From Octopus sinensis (lineage: Eukaryota), in contig NC_043000.1 of assembly GCF_006345805.1 (NCBI RefSeq), positions 114,390,001-114,454,000 on the forward strand: DNA of 64,000 nucleotides. The letters run 5' to 3'. The position numbers and the translations under genes were made by a program. Every line of letters starts with the position of its first letter. Position 1 is the first letter of the stretch. A model generated the notes under the pieces. The model did no database searches. It saw only the letters and a list, made by a program, of their open reading frames with translations, and was not told the DNA's origin. Below are positions 14,301 to 28,289 of this stretch, one piece after another.

Positions 14301-16082
14301 TTTAAATTTGTAGTTAAGACACCTGTGCCAGTGACACGTAAAAAGCACTGTCCGAACATGGCAGATGCCAGCGCTGCCTGACTGGCGTCCATGTCGGTGA
14401 CACGTAAAAGCACCAACCGATCGTGGCCGTTTGCCAGCCTCCTCTGGCCCATGCCGGTGGCACGTAAAAAGAACCCACTACACTCACAGAGTGGTTGGTG
14501 TTAGGAAGGGCATCAAGCTGTAGAAACACTGCCAAATCAGACTGGAGCATGGTGCAGCCTCCATGGCTTACCAGACCCCGGTCGAACCGTCCAACCCATG
14601 CTAGCATGGAAAACAGACGTTAAATGATGATGATGATGATGTATATCAATATATGTTTGTATATGTGTTTATATACATGTATGTGTGTGTGTGTGTGATG
14701 ATTTTACATCTACTTTCCATGCTGGCATGGGTTGCCCAGGTCCTCACAATCTGAACCAGTTCATTCTTGTAAGAAACTGCTGCTTCGTGTGTGAGTATAA
14801 AATAATTATGAAAACTGAAACTGCAACTCTATTGATCAAGTTTCACATCAAAATGAAATCTGAGAACTCAAGTTGTGTTCAAATATTAAACACAGGAAAC
14901 TCGGTTGTGAAGTTTGAAATTTCAGTTTTAATAAATATATGTAAACAGATATAGAATACAAACATACATAAATAGGTAAGCAGAGAATCAGACTCAGAGA
15001 ATCAAACAGTACTCACAGTAAGCACTCATGCAACAAACTGGCTATCAGTTCACATATAGTAGTTGGTAACTATTAATGAAAAAAGTGGATTCTGTTTGTA
15101 AAACAGATTTGAATCCTTAATTGCACCTCTATGTCATATATGATGCTATATATGGTTATTGATATAAAACAGTATGTATGATGATGATGATATGGAATAT
15201 TGAAATTAACAACATATATATATATATATATCATCATCATCATCATCATCATCATCGTTTAACGTCCGTTCTCCATGCTAGCATGGGTTGGACGGTTCGA
15301 CCGGGGATCTGGGAAGCCAGAAGGCTGCACCAGGCTCCAGTCTTATCTGGCAATGTTTCTACAGCTGGATGCCCTTCCTAACGCCAACCACTCCGTGAGT
15401 GTAGTGGGTGCTTTTTACGTGCCACCTGCACAGGTGCCAGGCGAGGCTGGCAACGGCTACGGTCAGATTGGTGCATTTTACGTGCCACCGGCACGGAAGC
15501 CAGTCGAGGCGGCACTGGCAGAGTGGCTGTGTGGTAAGTAGCTTGCTTACCAACCACAGTTACCGGTTCAGTCCCACTGCGTGTTACCTAGGACAAGCGT
15601 CTTCTACTATAGCCTCAGGCTGACTAAAGCCTTGTGAGTGGATTTAGTAGATGGAAACTGAAAGAAGCCCATCGTGTGTGTGTGTGTGTCTGTGCTTGTC
15701 CTCCTCCTCCACCATTGCTTGACAACCAATGCTGGTGTGTTTAAATCCCTGTAACTTAGCAGTTCAGCAAAAGAGACTGATAGGATAAGTGCTGGGCTTA
15801 CAAAGAATAAGTCCTGGGTGTGATTTGCTTGACTAAAGGCAATGCTCCAGCATGGCCAGTCAAATGACTGAAACGAGTAAAAGAAATATATGCATATATC
15901 ATCATATATACAAAATATAGCGTTGCCTTACTAGTATATATATATCATGAAGTATATTTGCCACTTAAATGTGGCTAACCCTTAAGGGTGGAAGCTACTG
16001 TAGCTTGTAACTCCAGGAGGACACCTCCTCCAGCTGACTACTGACACACTTTCTGAGCTCTATCAGTATTTACCTCACTCAG

Positions 16083-16116
<34 letters not shown>

Positions 16117-16367
16117 TTAGAGACAAAACCACTATTTTGCAAAACAAACAAGGAAAGACTTAATCAATACATAAAATTTTAATATATATATATATATATA
16201 TATAATATATATATATATATATGCACGCACAAACTTCTATCTACTAGTCCAAGAAGGAAAGAAGTGTTAAGATATATTTATCAGGATTATAATTTCAAAT
16301 TTCCTAACTGTTTCACTTGCTGCAACACACACACACAAGTATTAAGGTAGTATAGTTAGTCATCTGC

Positions 16368-16402
<35 letters not shown>

Positions 16403-16572
16403 AACTCAAATATGTATAGTATGTTTGTCAATGTATTTACCTCTGTGTGTGTGTGCCAATAAATTATTATTGGTTTTTTCTCATATACTGTCCACTTTTT
16501 GTTCTCTATACCTGCCACTCACTGCTTGAAGCTTACTAACTTTCTACACTTGGATCCCTCCAGATTGTGTAA

Positions 16573-16622
<50 letters not shown>

Positions 16623-18208
16623 TCATAAACATAATAGTATATTTACACACATATATGTATATGTAGACAGGCAAACAGACAGCCGTATGCGTACATGTAC
16701 ACAACCATCTGGGAGAGACAAGGTCGTTGTCCCATGTAACAGCCTGACACAGACATATTGCCAGATAGACACAGAAAGAGGAGTGGGACTAGTGAGTAGG
16801 AGCTGGGGAACAAGAGAAAACCCCTACTTTTAAAGGAGAAACAAAAGGAACCAACTGCCTCCCATCTACACAACCAAATTTTCTGATTCAATACACAGCA
16901 GACCTCCTCCTCCCACTCCTCATCGTAAATGGGGTGAGAGTGATGGTGAGAGATTGGATATCATAGAAAAGGTTAAGCAACTTATTACCGCACCACTCTG
17001 TGTGTGTGTGTGTGTGTGTGTGTGAGCACACACATATATAAATACACTCCTTTATTCTTTTATTCTTTCACTTACTTCAGTCATCTGACTGCGGCCATGC
17101 TGGGGCACCACCTTTGTTCAAACAAATCAACCCATGGACTTGTTCCTTATAAGCCTAGTACTTATTCTATCAGTCACTTTTGCTGAACCGCTAAGTTACG
17201 GAGACGTAAACACACCAACATCGGTTGTCAAGTGATGGTGGGAAGACCAACACAAACACATATACAAGCTTCTTTCAGTTTCTGTCTACCAAATCCACTC
17301 ACAAGGCTTTGGTTGGCCCAAGGCTATTGTAGAAGACACTTGCCCAAGATGCCACGCAGTGGGATTGAACCCAGAACCATGTGGCTGGGAAGCAATCTTC
17401 TAACCACACAGCCACACCTGTATATCTTATTTTAAATTTGTTTCAGTCATTTGACTGCGGCCATGCTGGGGCACCGCCTTTGTTCAAACAAACCGACCCG
17501 TGGACTTATTCTTTGTAAGCCTAGTATTTATTCTATGTCTCTTTTGCTGAACTGCTAAGTTATGGAGATGTAAACACACACACACACACACATATACAAG
17601 CTTCTGTCAGTTTCCGTCTACTAAATCCACTCACAAGGCTTTGGTTGGCCCGAGGCTATAGTAGAAGACACTTGCCAACGGTGCAACGCAGTGGGATTGA
17701 ACCCGGAACCATGTGGTTGGGAAGCAATCTTCTTACCACACAGCCACACCTGTATATCTTGTTTCAGTCATTAGACGGTGGCCACACTGGGGCATCACCT
17801 TAAAGAAATTTAGTCAAATGAATCAGCCCCATTAATTATATTTTTTCTGCTACTTATTCTATCAGTCTCTTTTGCCAAACTGCTAAGTTACAGGGACGTA
17901 AACACACCAACACCGGTTGTCAAGCAGGTGTGGGAGACAAAGACACGCACACACAACTTATGACGGGCTTCTTTCTGTTTTCATCTACCAAATCCACTCA
18001 CAAGGTCAGCCTAAGACTATAGAAGAAGACACTTGCCGAAGGTGCTGTGCACTGGGACCGAACACAGAACCCTGTGGTTGAAAAACAAACTTCTTACCAC
18101 ACAGCCATGGAAACAGTTCGATTCAGTCCATGCAACACACACACACACACACTTAAACCATACAGAAAAGTGTGTGGGGGTGTGTGCGCGTCCGCATAAA
18201 AACAAATG

Positions 18209-18447
18209 TATGCTTTATTTAAAAGCAGCAGAAATATAACAGAAGCTGTTACTCAGAGTTTCATGTTCCCGTTTGTCAGACAGTTTTGTTAAAATAGAAC
18301 AAAACTGTCCGACGAACGGGAACGTGAAACACTGAGTAACAGCTTCTGTTATATTTCTGCTGCTTTTAAATAAAGCATATTACTCTACCTCTGGTATTCG
18401 AGTACTATTTTTTCCACCTTGCTTCACATTTATGTGCTTACTCCGGT
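18209..18447. mobile_element. Penelope-like inverted terminal-repeat remnant with a hammerhead motif in each arm
   Basis: 82-bp arms at 18209-18290 and 18298-18379, plus a one-sided ~70-bp extension. Homologous to 53483-53688. Confidence 0.7.
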
Positions 18448-20303
18448 AAAAACAAATGTTTATAGATATACAGAAACAGGTAGAAGAATGTGTTTATATA
18501 AATATATATTTACATCTGGGTGGTAAGAAGCTTGCTTCCCAATCAGATGGTTCCGGTTACAGTCCCACAAAGCCTTGTGAGAGGATATGGTAGACAGAAA
18601 CTGAAAGAAGCCCATCATCATCATCATCATTTAACGTCCGCTTTCCATGCTAGCATGGGTTGGACGGTTCAACTGGGGTCTGGGGAGCCCGAAGGCTGCA
18701 CCAGGCCAGTCAGATCTGGCAGTGTTTCTACAGCTGGATGCCCTTCCTAACGCCAACCACTCCGAGAGTGTAGTGGGTGATTTTATGTGCCACCGACACA
18801 GGTGCCAGATGAGGCTGGCGAATGGCCACGCTCGGATGGTGTTTTTTATGTGCTACCGACACAGGTGCCAAACGAGGCTGGCAGACGGCCACGCTCGGAT
18901 GGTGTTTTTATCATATGTATATATTAAAAATGTAACCACATGTGAATCGTTGGTGATTTTTTTTTTTTCCATCTTCCCTTTCTATTGGACTTTCCTCTGT
19001 TTCTGAAGATCTCTGCTCGAAACGCTAAACCATCTTTCTTTCCTTCCCTGAGCATCCGCTAATACTTTACATATACCACATTGTTGTTTTTTGTGTTTAT
19101 TCTTGATATTTTGGGATTTATACATATATGTAAATATGTATTTGTGTGTCTGTGTTTGTCTCCCCGCCATCACTTGACAACCGATGTTGGTGTGTTTACA
19201 TCCCCGTAACTTAGCAGTTCGGCAAAAGTGACCAATAGAATAAGTACTAGGCTTACAAAGGATAAGTCCAGGGGTCGATTTATTCAACTAAAAGGCAGTG
19301 CTCCAGCATGGCCGCAGCCAAATGACTGAAACAACTAAAATGGTAAACAAGTACACAGAAGTGTGTGTGTGTGGATATAAAAATGATAGAAAACCCCTTG
19401 AAATATTGAATAAATGCCTCTAAGGCAACGAGAAGAGTAAAATGAAAGGGAAAATAAAGGTAGGCTGTAGAATGATAGGATTGAAGTGAAAATAGTGGAG
19501 GGAAGGGGGTAACTAGAATACGATTAGGTTTCTGCTAAAGGAAGGAGAACTGAAAGATGTTGAAGTATACACATAGGTGTGTGTATGTGTGTGTGTGACT
19601 ATAGCTGGGGCTGAGTGACTGACTGACTGCCTATAGGTAAAGTGCATGTCTGTAGCTGTTTCTGAAGTTGTGTAAGTGATTCTATTGTGTGACTGACTCA
19701 GTGTGGATGTGGAACCGTGCCTGTGCGTGTATGTGATGCCGTGTCATTGTGAGTGAATGTCTATGACGGTGGGTATGAGTAAATCTATCACTGGCTGCAT
19801 GTGTCACGGTGACTGTGATCTTGGCCGTGAGTGTGCCATTGTGTGTGTGCATATGAGGGTCAAAGAGGCTGTAAGTTATTGTGTGACTATAAGTGACTGC
19901 TAATACATTTATGTGAATGATGAGGATGTGTGTTAGCGACTGTATTCATGTGTGTGTGCATATGTGATCGTATATATATATTTATATATGGTTGTGTGGA
20001 AGTTCAGTACTTTTAAATAATTTTTTTAGGTCTAAAGTTCCCTTATAACAAAACCAAATCCTTAGAAATGTCTCAAACAGTTAATGAGTTCAAATCCCGC
20101 CAAGGTCGACTTTGCCTTTCATCCTTTCGGGGTCGATTAAATAAGTACCAGTTACGCACTGGGGTCGATGTAATCGACTTAATCCCTTTGTCTGTCCTTG
20201 TTTGTCCCCTCTATGTTTAGCCCCTTGTGGGCAATAAAGAAATAAATATTCTTTGGAAAGGCATAGATGCCACAACCTCTCATCTCTTAACAAAACTACT
20301 CAG

Positions 20304-20334
<31 letters not shown>

Positions 20335-20909
20335 GCAGGGGCAGTAGATTGACAGAATCACATCAGAGCACCTTGAAGTATTTGTTCTGGTCAACTTTGC
20401 CCCTCCATCCTTTCAGGGTTGATAAAGTAAAAGACCAGCCAAGTACTTGGATAAAAATAAGCAAAAAGAAAACCCTCCTCTCAAACCTGCTGCCCACTTG
20501 TGCTCAAATTAGGAACAATTATTATTAATAGCATCACAGAGTGGTGAATGGCAGAAATGGTAGCACTGCAGTTTTTAATTACAAATTTTCACATTCTTAT
20601 TTCAAATCCTGCTGAGGTCACATCTTTTATATTTCCAGAAGTCAATAAAATAAGTACCAATCATACCAGTTAACATCTATGGTTAAGGCAATGAGCTGGC
20701 AAAATCATTACCATGCCAGGCAAAATGCTTAGTGGCAGTTTGTCTGTCTTCAGTTTCTGCTAACATCAACTTTGCCTTTCATTATTTCAGGGTTGATAAA
20801 ATAGGTACCAGTTGCACATTGCTGGACATGTGCCAGGCTGAGATTTTTGGTGATATGCTGTGCTTGAGAAGACACAACAAGCGAGGTGAAATTATAGTCA
20901 TGGCCTGTG

Positions 20910-21313
20910 CCAATGACATGCTAAGGGAACCCGCGACACGCTGAGAGAACACGTGACATGCTGAGGGAACCCGTGGCACATTGAAGGAACCTGTGCTGGT
21001 GACACGCTGAGGGAACCCGTGCCGGTGACACGCTGAGGGAAACCGTGCCGGTGACATGCTGAGGGAACCCGTGCCGGTGACACGCTGAGGGAACCCGTGC
21101 CGGTGACACGCTGAGGGAACCCATGCCAGTGACACGGTGAGGGAACCTGTGCCGGTGACATGCTGAGGGAACCCGTGCTGGTGACATGCTGAGGGAACCC
21201 GTGCTGGTGACATGCTGAGGGAACCCGTGCCAGTGACATGCTGAGGGAACCCGTGCCAGTGACACGCTGAAGGAACCCGTGCCAGTGACATGCTGAAGGA
21301 ACCCGTGCCGGTG
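20910..21313 (+). repeat. 26-bp minisatellite (GCTGAGGGAACCCGTGCCGGTGACAC)n inside an RTE 3' UTR copy
   Basis: About 15 tandem units; explains the periodic ORFs at 20782-21465. Confidence 0.9.
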
Positions 21314-22058
21314 ATACTCCATAAAGTGGTTGATGCTAGGAAGGGTATCAGCAACAGTAACCAAGCCAAAACAGACTGGAGTGACACGAAAAAGCACCCA
21401 AACCATGGTGTAAAATTGTTGGCATCAGGAAGGGCATCCAGCCAGAATAAGCATGCCAAAGACATAGGGGTTCAATGCAGACCTTGGATGCATCAGTTCC
21501 TAAATGATGACGATGATAATTAGAATAGGAAAGTTACAGAACCAGTAGCACTACAGAGAAAATGTCTCGAAGTAATTTCATCCTCAGAACCCCAGTGGCC
21601 ACTTTACTGGCTGCCACATTGTAATGTTTACAAATACCACAGTGGCTGCTATTCCGGCCACCAGACACAGATACAAATACCCCAGTGGCCACTTTACCAG
21701 CCAATATTTTCTGTGTTGGAAACCCAGACAGTAACTGCTGGTTCAACTGGCACCAGAAGTACTGATATTGGCAATAAAACAACAAAAAAATGGTAACAAC
21801 AACGTTGTCCTCTATTTGGCATTTTATTTCATTATTAGGAGAGACAGAAAATACATTTTAGAGACAATGAAACAAATATTAGGTGGGAAAACATTTTTTT
21901 TTTGGCTCTTTCACCCAGGGAACCTGAGGTGAGGGTGCTGAGGACAACAGGTATCTAGAGTTCAGAGGGTTAAGTTACACCATTCCATGTTCTGTGATCA
22001 AATCTCATTGGAGTTGACCTTATTTTCTATCCTCCTAGAATAACATAGAGAGAGAGAG

Positions 22059-22104
<46 letters not shown>

Positions 22105-23240
22105 CGAGTGAGTGTGAGTGATTGAATCAACTCATCTATAATGCTATATACATAGAAAATACACATTATTTATGCTATGTACATACTGCTCCTATCTCGC
22201 AAATATATTGCTTTCTATTAGTTTCAGGAATCAATGTTAATAATTGTTTCTGATTTAGGCACAAGGCCAGCAATCTTGAGAAGAGAAAACAGTTCATTGA
22301 TAACATCAACCCTAATAACTAACTGGTACTCTATTTTACCAACCCCGAAAGGACAAAACGGCAAAGTTCCTTAGTAAGATTTGAACTCAGAATGTAAAGA
22401 ACCAGAAGCAACACCAGTAAGCATTTTGTCTAACACTAACAAATCTGCTGTCAAGCAGAGCCACAAACCTACACATATTCTCTTCTTCTCCAGGCACAAG
22501 GGCCAAAATTTTTGAAGAGGGGGCCAGTCGATTAGATCGACCCAAGTACTTAATTTATCTACCCCAAAGGATGACAGGCAAAGTCGACCTCGGCGGAATT
22601 TGAACTCAGAACGTAGTGGCAGACGAAATACCACTAAGCATTCCACCCGGCGTGCTAATGTTTCTGCCAGCTAACTGCCCTATTGGGGTGAATAACTATG
22701 TTGACCACAGTTTTGTCTGGTACTAATTTTAATGAACCCAGAAACAGGGGGGTAGGAGAACTAAGAAGGTGTGTCTCTTTGTAATGTGAGTGAAAGGAAT
22801 TGACCCAAGGAATGTTTGAATTCTTAGAGAATTCATATGACAAGAACAAGAGGTTTCAATGTCATAATTTATTCCATTTCAAATTTTCACACATGGCCAG
22901 CAAGTTCTGGAGAGGGGGGGGCTAGTCGATTACACTGACCACAGTACTCAACTGATACCTATTTTATCAACCCCAAAAGAATAAAAAGCAGAGTCGACCT
23001 CGGTGGAATTTGAACTCAAAATGTAAAGACAGATGAAATGCCACTAAGCATTTTGCCTGGTGTGCTAACGATTCTGCCAGCTCACTGTCCTGGTGCTACT
23101 ATCCATTTATATCAATCATTACTCTAACATCTAGCTTCAAGCTATCCTATGACTAACCATATCATATGGATTAAGAAAAACAAATAAGACTGAATGAGAT
23201 ACACCAATGTGTGTGTGATGTAAATATATGTGTGTGTGTG

Positions 23241-23285
<45 letters not shown>

Positions 23286-23496
23286 TTTTACTTGTTTCAG
23301 TCATTTGACTGGCCATGCTGGAGCACTGACTTTAGACGAATAAATTGATCCCAGGATTTATTCTTTGTAAGCCTAGTACTTATTCTGTTGGTCTCTTATT
23401 GCCAAACCGCTAGGTGACAGAGACGTAAACACACCAACATCGGTTGACAAGTGATGATGGGGGAACAAACTCACAAACACAAATAACAAACACACA

Positions 23497-23528
<32 letters not shown>

Positions 23529-26358
23529 CGATGGGGTCCTTTCAGTTTCTGTCTACCAAATCCATTCACAAGGCTATGGTCAGCCCGAGGCTGTAGTAGA
23601 AGACACTTGCCCATGGTGCCACTAAGTGGGACTGAACCCAGAACCGTGTGGCTGGGAAGCAAGCTCCTTACCACACAGCCACTCCTATATATAGATGATT
23701 ATCATATATAGTGTATGTGTATGAGCTAGTACCAGTAGACTTCAAAATAATTCAAGTCTTAAAAATATTTGACCATATACATGTAGTGAATCCTCTGTCC
23801 ATCTGCTTTTATTTTTTCAAAAAGCACTTTTTCAATGTGTGTGTGTGTATCATCATCATTTGTCACCCATGTTCCATGCTGGCACGGGTTGGACAGTTTG
23901 ACAAGGAGCCAATGAGTCAAAAGACAGCACTGGACTCAAGTTTCTATTTTGGCATCGCTTCTACAGCTGGATGCCTTTCCTAACACTAACCACTTTCCAC
24001 AATGTGTACTGGGTGCGTCTTTCATACCAGTGGCACTATTAAGGTTGCCACACAGCTTGCACACACACACACACATATATTCAGTATTATCTGAGTAATA
24101 ATCTCATAATGTGCATTCAAAAGCTCCTGTTCTGTCATCAGCTACCACATGCCTTCATACAGAGAGGTTATTCCTTGAGCTGGATAAAAATGTGGAACTC
24201 AGTGTTTAGAATTTGTATAAAAATTTATAAACACAGAAACAAATGTTGTAATTTGTAATTAAAGTCTGTTTATTCCATCTTATATATATATATAACTCAA
24301 AATCAAATTCAATGACTGGCGTCCGTGCAAGCGGGGTGCAAAGAGCAACATACGAGTGTGATCATTTACAGAGGGGCTAACCGGCTTCCATGCCAGTCGC
24401 ATATAAAAGGCACCATTCGAGTGTGATCGTTTCCAGCGTCACCTTACTGGCACTTGAGCCCCGTGCTAGTAGGGTGTTAAGAGCACCATCTGAGCGTGAT
24501 CGTTGCCAGAGCGGCTATCTGGCCTCCATGCCGGTGGCACATAAAAGACACCATTTGAGCATGATTGTTACCAGCATCGCCTTACTGGTACCTACACCGG
24601 TGGCATGTGTAAAAAGATTCGAGCGAGGTCGTTGCCAGTACCGCCTGTCTGGCCCCCATGCCAGAGGCACGTAAAAAGCACCCACCACACTCTCGGAGTG
24701 GTTGGCGTTAGGAAGGGCATCCAGCAGTAGAAACTCTGCCAGATCAAGATTGAAGCCTGACACAGCCATCTGGTTCACCAGCCCTCAGTCAAAAATCGTC
24801 CAACCCATGCTAGCATGGAAAGCGGACGTTAAACGATGATGATGATGATGATGATAGATAGATATATATATATACATTGCCTGGCCAGCTCTTTCGAAAC
24901 CGTCCCACCCATGCTAGCATGGAAGGCAGATGTTAAACGATGATGATGATGATTACGGGTTATGTTAGCCACATGATGGGATGGTGCCATCCAAGGAAAT
25001 ACTGGTTCAATACCAAATATTTTGGAGAAACTGATTTCCTTAAAATAATAGGTATATATTTATATATATATATATATATATATATAAAACCATGTAGTTT
25101 ATATTCGCAAACACACAGACATCTGTATTCATGTGTGCATATATTGTAGAAGTGTATATACATGAATGATACATGTTGGTATACACACACAAACAACTGC
25201 CATGTGTATGATGACTAATATATAAAGACCATTCCCAAAAAATGTTAATGGTCATTTAATAACACAAACACAACAAAAACCACAGCAATAAACAACACAA
25301 ACACCGTCAAATCTGATCCAGCAGACTTTTGATCAGAAACGTCCCACCCACGACACTGTCTGTTTCAATTTCATTCGTAAATGAAAGACGACACTATCCA
25401 AGTGGCCCTCCATTTTTAAAACATCGGGATCTATGTTGGAAGACTTGGCAGCATTTTCTAGTAGATAGAGTGACCCCCATAGAGCTTCTTTAGTCGGTTG
25501 GTTGTTATGCAGATGAAGGAGACAAAAGATATTTGGAGAATAGAATTGGACTAAAGATGGACAAAGAATGTGCTTGAATAATTAACACTTGATCCAAGAA
25601 AAGAGGTGGAGGGGGGGGGGGGGATAATGAATGCTTGTGTGTCTGTCTGGAAAATGATGTACGTGTGTAATGTGTGCGTGAGAGAGAGAGAGGAGTGTGT
25701 ATATATGATGTATGTGTATGAGAAGAGATATATGTGTGTATAACAGGCATGAGTGTGTGTATATGAAGTGATACAAGTGCATCTAGGAAGAAGTGAGACA
25801 GAGAGAGAGAGAGAGAGGGCATAGGAAATTACTGTGTATTATAAGAGATATATATGTCTACAAAGAGATGTGTATGTGTGTAGGTCAAAGAGGATGTGTG
25901 TGTGTATATGTACAGTGTTTCGAAAATGTAAATGATAGACATATGGCGAATGGGTTGGGATGAGAGAGGTTGGGCTGTAAATGGTTTTCTGTCTAAAGTG
26001 TGTGTTTAGAGACGGTCGGCAGTATTTATTGATGATGGAACATGGAGGCTGGCGAGCGGAGACTCCGAAGATGTAAACCCATTCTCTCCAACTCTATACA
26101 CACACAAATTTATGTGTCTATACAATAAATGTATGCAAATGTATATACAATACTCCATACGATATTGTAGCAGACATGCAATTATAGAGGAATGCATCTG
26201 TGTGTGATTACTTACACACACACACACACACAAGAGGAAGCCACTTAGAATGATTGAAAATTACGAACTGCCTATTGTAACTGAAAAGGTTTCGTCACAA
26301 AGTTATCACAATAAACGGCTTCTACTTATATATGTATGTGTGTGTATATATATATATA

Positions 26359-26389
<31 letters not shown>

Positions 26390-26751
26390 GAAAGAGAGAG
26401 ATTACCAGTTGTATCAGACAAATTTATATCACAAAAATTATGCACCACTACATCAAACACACACACACACACTACTGTATCATATAATCGCAAATGTGTT
26501 TTGCATACATGTATGTATACGTATCACATCAATTATACATCAATGCACCAGCCACTTTAATACACACACACACAGTTTTGTGCGTATCATATATCAAATA
26601 TACACACTGGATCATAGAAACATCACTGTATAACACACACACACACACACCGAATAACGGCCTAAATGCTTGATGGATGAATTGACAACCTAGAAGACCA
26701 AGAGATGTGAGCGAGATGCAACCAGCATCATATATTGAATGTGTGCGTGTG

Positions 26752-26782
<31 letters not shown>

Positions 26783-27200
26783 CTCGAAATGTATTTTCAA
26801 CATTGTGTATAGTGTGTGTAGACGCAGGCACATACACTGGATCATATCGTGTGAAGACAATGAGGGGAAAGAGCTTCTATGTGGTCGCTCGACTTGCAAG
26901 AAAGAGAAGCTAAGTACCCCACGAACCATTCTTCACCTGGTTTCGAAGGAAGGAAAATGGACGTACTAAAGAAGTTAGATTGTCGCAGAAATAATATGGG
27001 ATGGTCATTGCTATGCTGTTCTTCATAGATTGTCGCAGAATAACGTGGGATGGTCATGGCTATATCGTTCTTCATCAGAGCTGACCTGAGGACTAAACAA
27101 TAGCAGTCTATATTTTTCGTAATCATTTATATATTTCGCAATCGAGGAAGAAGACTCAATATATGTTACATGCCTCTCTCTCATTCTCTGTATATATGTG

Positions 27201-27234
<34 letters not shown>

Positions 27235-27252
27235 CTACAGGAGTAGTTGATA

Positions 27253-27284
<32 letters not shown>

Positions 27285-27303
27285 CTACAGGAGTAGTTGA
27301 TTT

Positions 27304-27333
27304 CTGATGAAACTACAGTAGTTGAAAGCGCTA
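27304..27333 (+). ncRNA. Minimal type I hammerhead ribozyme motif
   Basis: CTGATGA-AACTAC-A-GTAGTT-GAA-AGCGCT-A: intact core, self-complementary stem II, palindromic stem III; stem I is weak. Confidence 0.6.
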
Positions 27334-27448
27334 ATATGAAGAAAGAATACGTGATATGTAAATAAATATATATTTTAACAACCATCCAGCATTCTGAACA
27401 TCTTTTTTCTTTCATATATATTAAATCTGTACATCACCCCCAATACTT

Positions 27449-27518
<70 letters not shown>

Positions 27519-28048
27519 AAATATGAATTAGAGATAAAACCACTATTATTTACTGTGAAATGTGATCTAATACTAAATTGAATTTTTCCCTGTAAGTTTG
27601 GAGTTATACACCCTAATATTATTAAACTTACACATAAATACATACAATATGTATGTGTGTTATAAATAATATTTTAATTCAGTGCTAACATAATTTAATA
27701 AATTAAACATCAAAAAGCTTATATATTAGGACAGAGGCAGTAGTCTCTATAAACATACACAAAAAACAAATTAATATATATACGTATGTACATTACACGC
27801 ACACACACACACACTGTATATACAGTGATGCAGATGCTGATGTAGAAGAGAGATGTGTATAAAGAGGAAGGGTCGGTCGTCGACGGCAGACGACGATGAA
27901 GAGAGGAAGAAGAGGTACTACAGACAGAACGTGTGCGTGTGTGGATAGCGTGTGTGGATAACGTGTGTGTGTGTGTGTATGTGTGAATAACGTGTATGTG
28001 TGTGTGTGGATAACATGGGAGACTGGGTAACATTTAGTGGTCTTTTAC

Positions 28049-28220
28049 CTGCATATACTGTGTCCGCCAGGTCGTATTTAGAGGCAAACTTTGGATATTC
28101 CTTAAGGTTCCGTCCGCATAGTAACACTTCTCCCGAATATTGAGCATCTTCAAAGACCCTCTCCAGAGTTCTGGAAACAGAAGTCGGGCTTTGGCCGCCT
28201 GTCGCAAAGCTGGCCGCCAT
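28049..28220 (-). CDS. LRCH: Leucine-rich repeat and calponin-homology domain protein (LRCH family), first coding exon
   Basis: MAASFATGGQSPTSVSRTLERVFEDAQYSGEVLLCGRNLKEYPKFASKYDLADTVYA matches the LRCH N-terminal pattern (RsLEraLEeA..G.L.LsGRkLrEfP....DL.DT..aD). Donor G|GTAAAA at 28048. An alternative in-frame ATG lies at 28244. Confidence 0.85.
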
Positions 28221-28255
28221 TTTTCTGTTGCCATCTAACATCATTACGCATGCGC
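28214..28255 (-). promoter_or_regulatory. YY1-like (AAAATGGCGG) and NRF1-like (GCGCATGCGT) motifs at the LRCH start
   Basis: YY1-like motif spans the ATG; palindrome CGCATGCG at 28247-28254. Confidence 0.45.
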
Positions 28256-28289
28256 CTTCTCATTCCCCTCCCCTTCACGCCACTGATAC

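Noticed and set aside
20782-21465. 227-aa and 161-aa periodic ORFs; CRISPR-like appearance
   Set aside because: Contiguous 26-bp tandem repeat with no unique spacers and no cas genes, in a eukaryotic context.
1-28048. Search for LRCH exon 2 (expected to begin with an LRR such as DLSxNR)
   Set aside because: None recognised by eye; it may lie beyond the window, or a short exon may have been missed.
28034-28234. 66-aa ORF MATEKW...
   Set aside because: Alternative frame overlapping the LRCH exon; only the other frame matches a known family.
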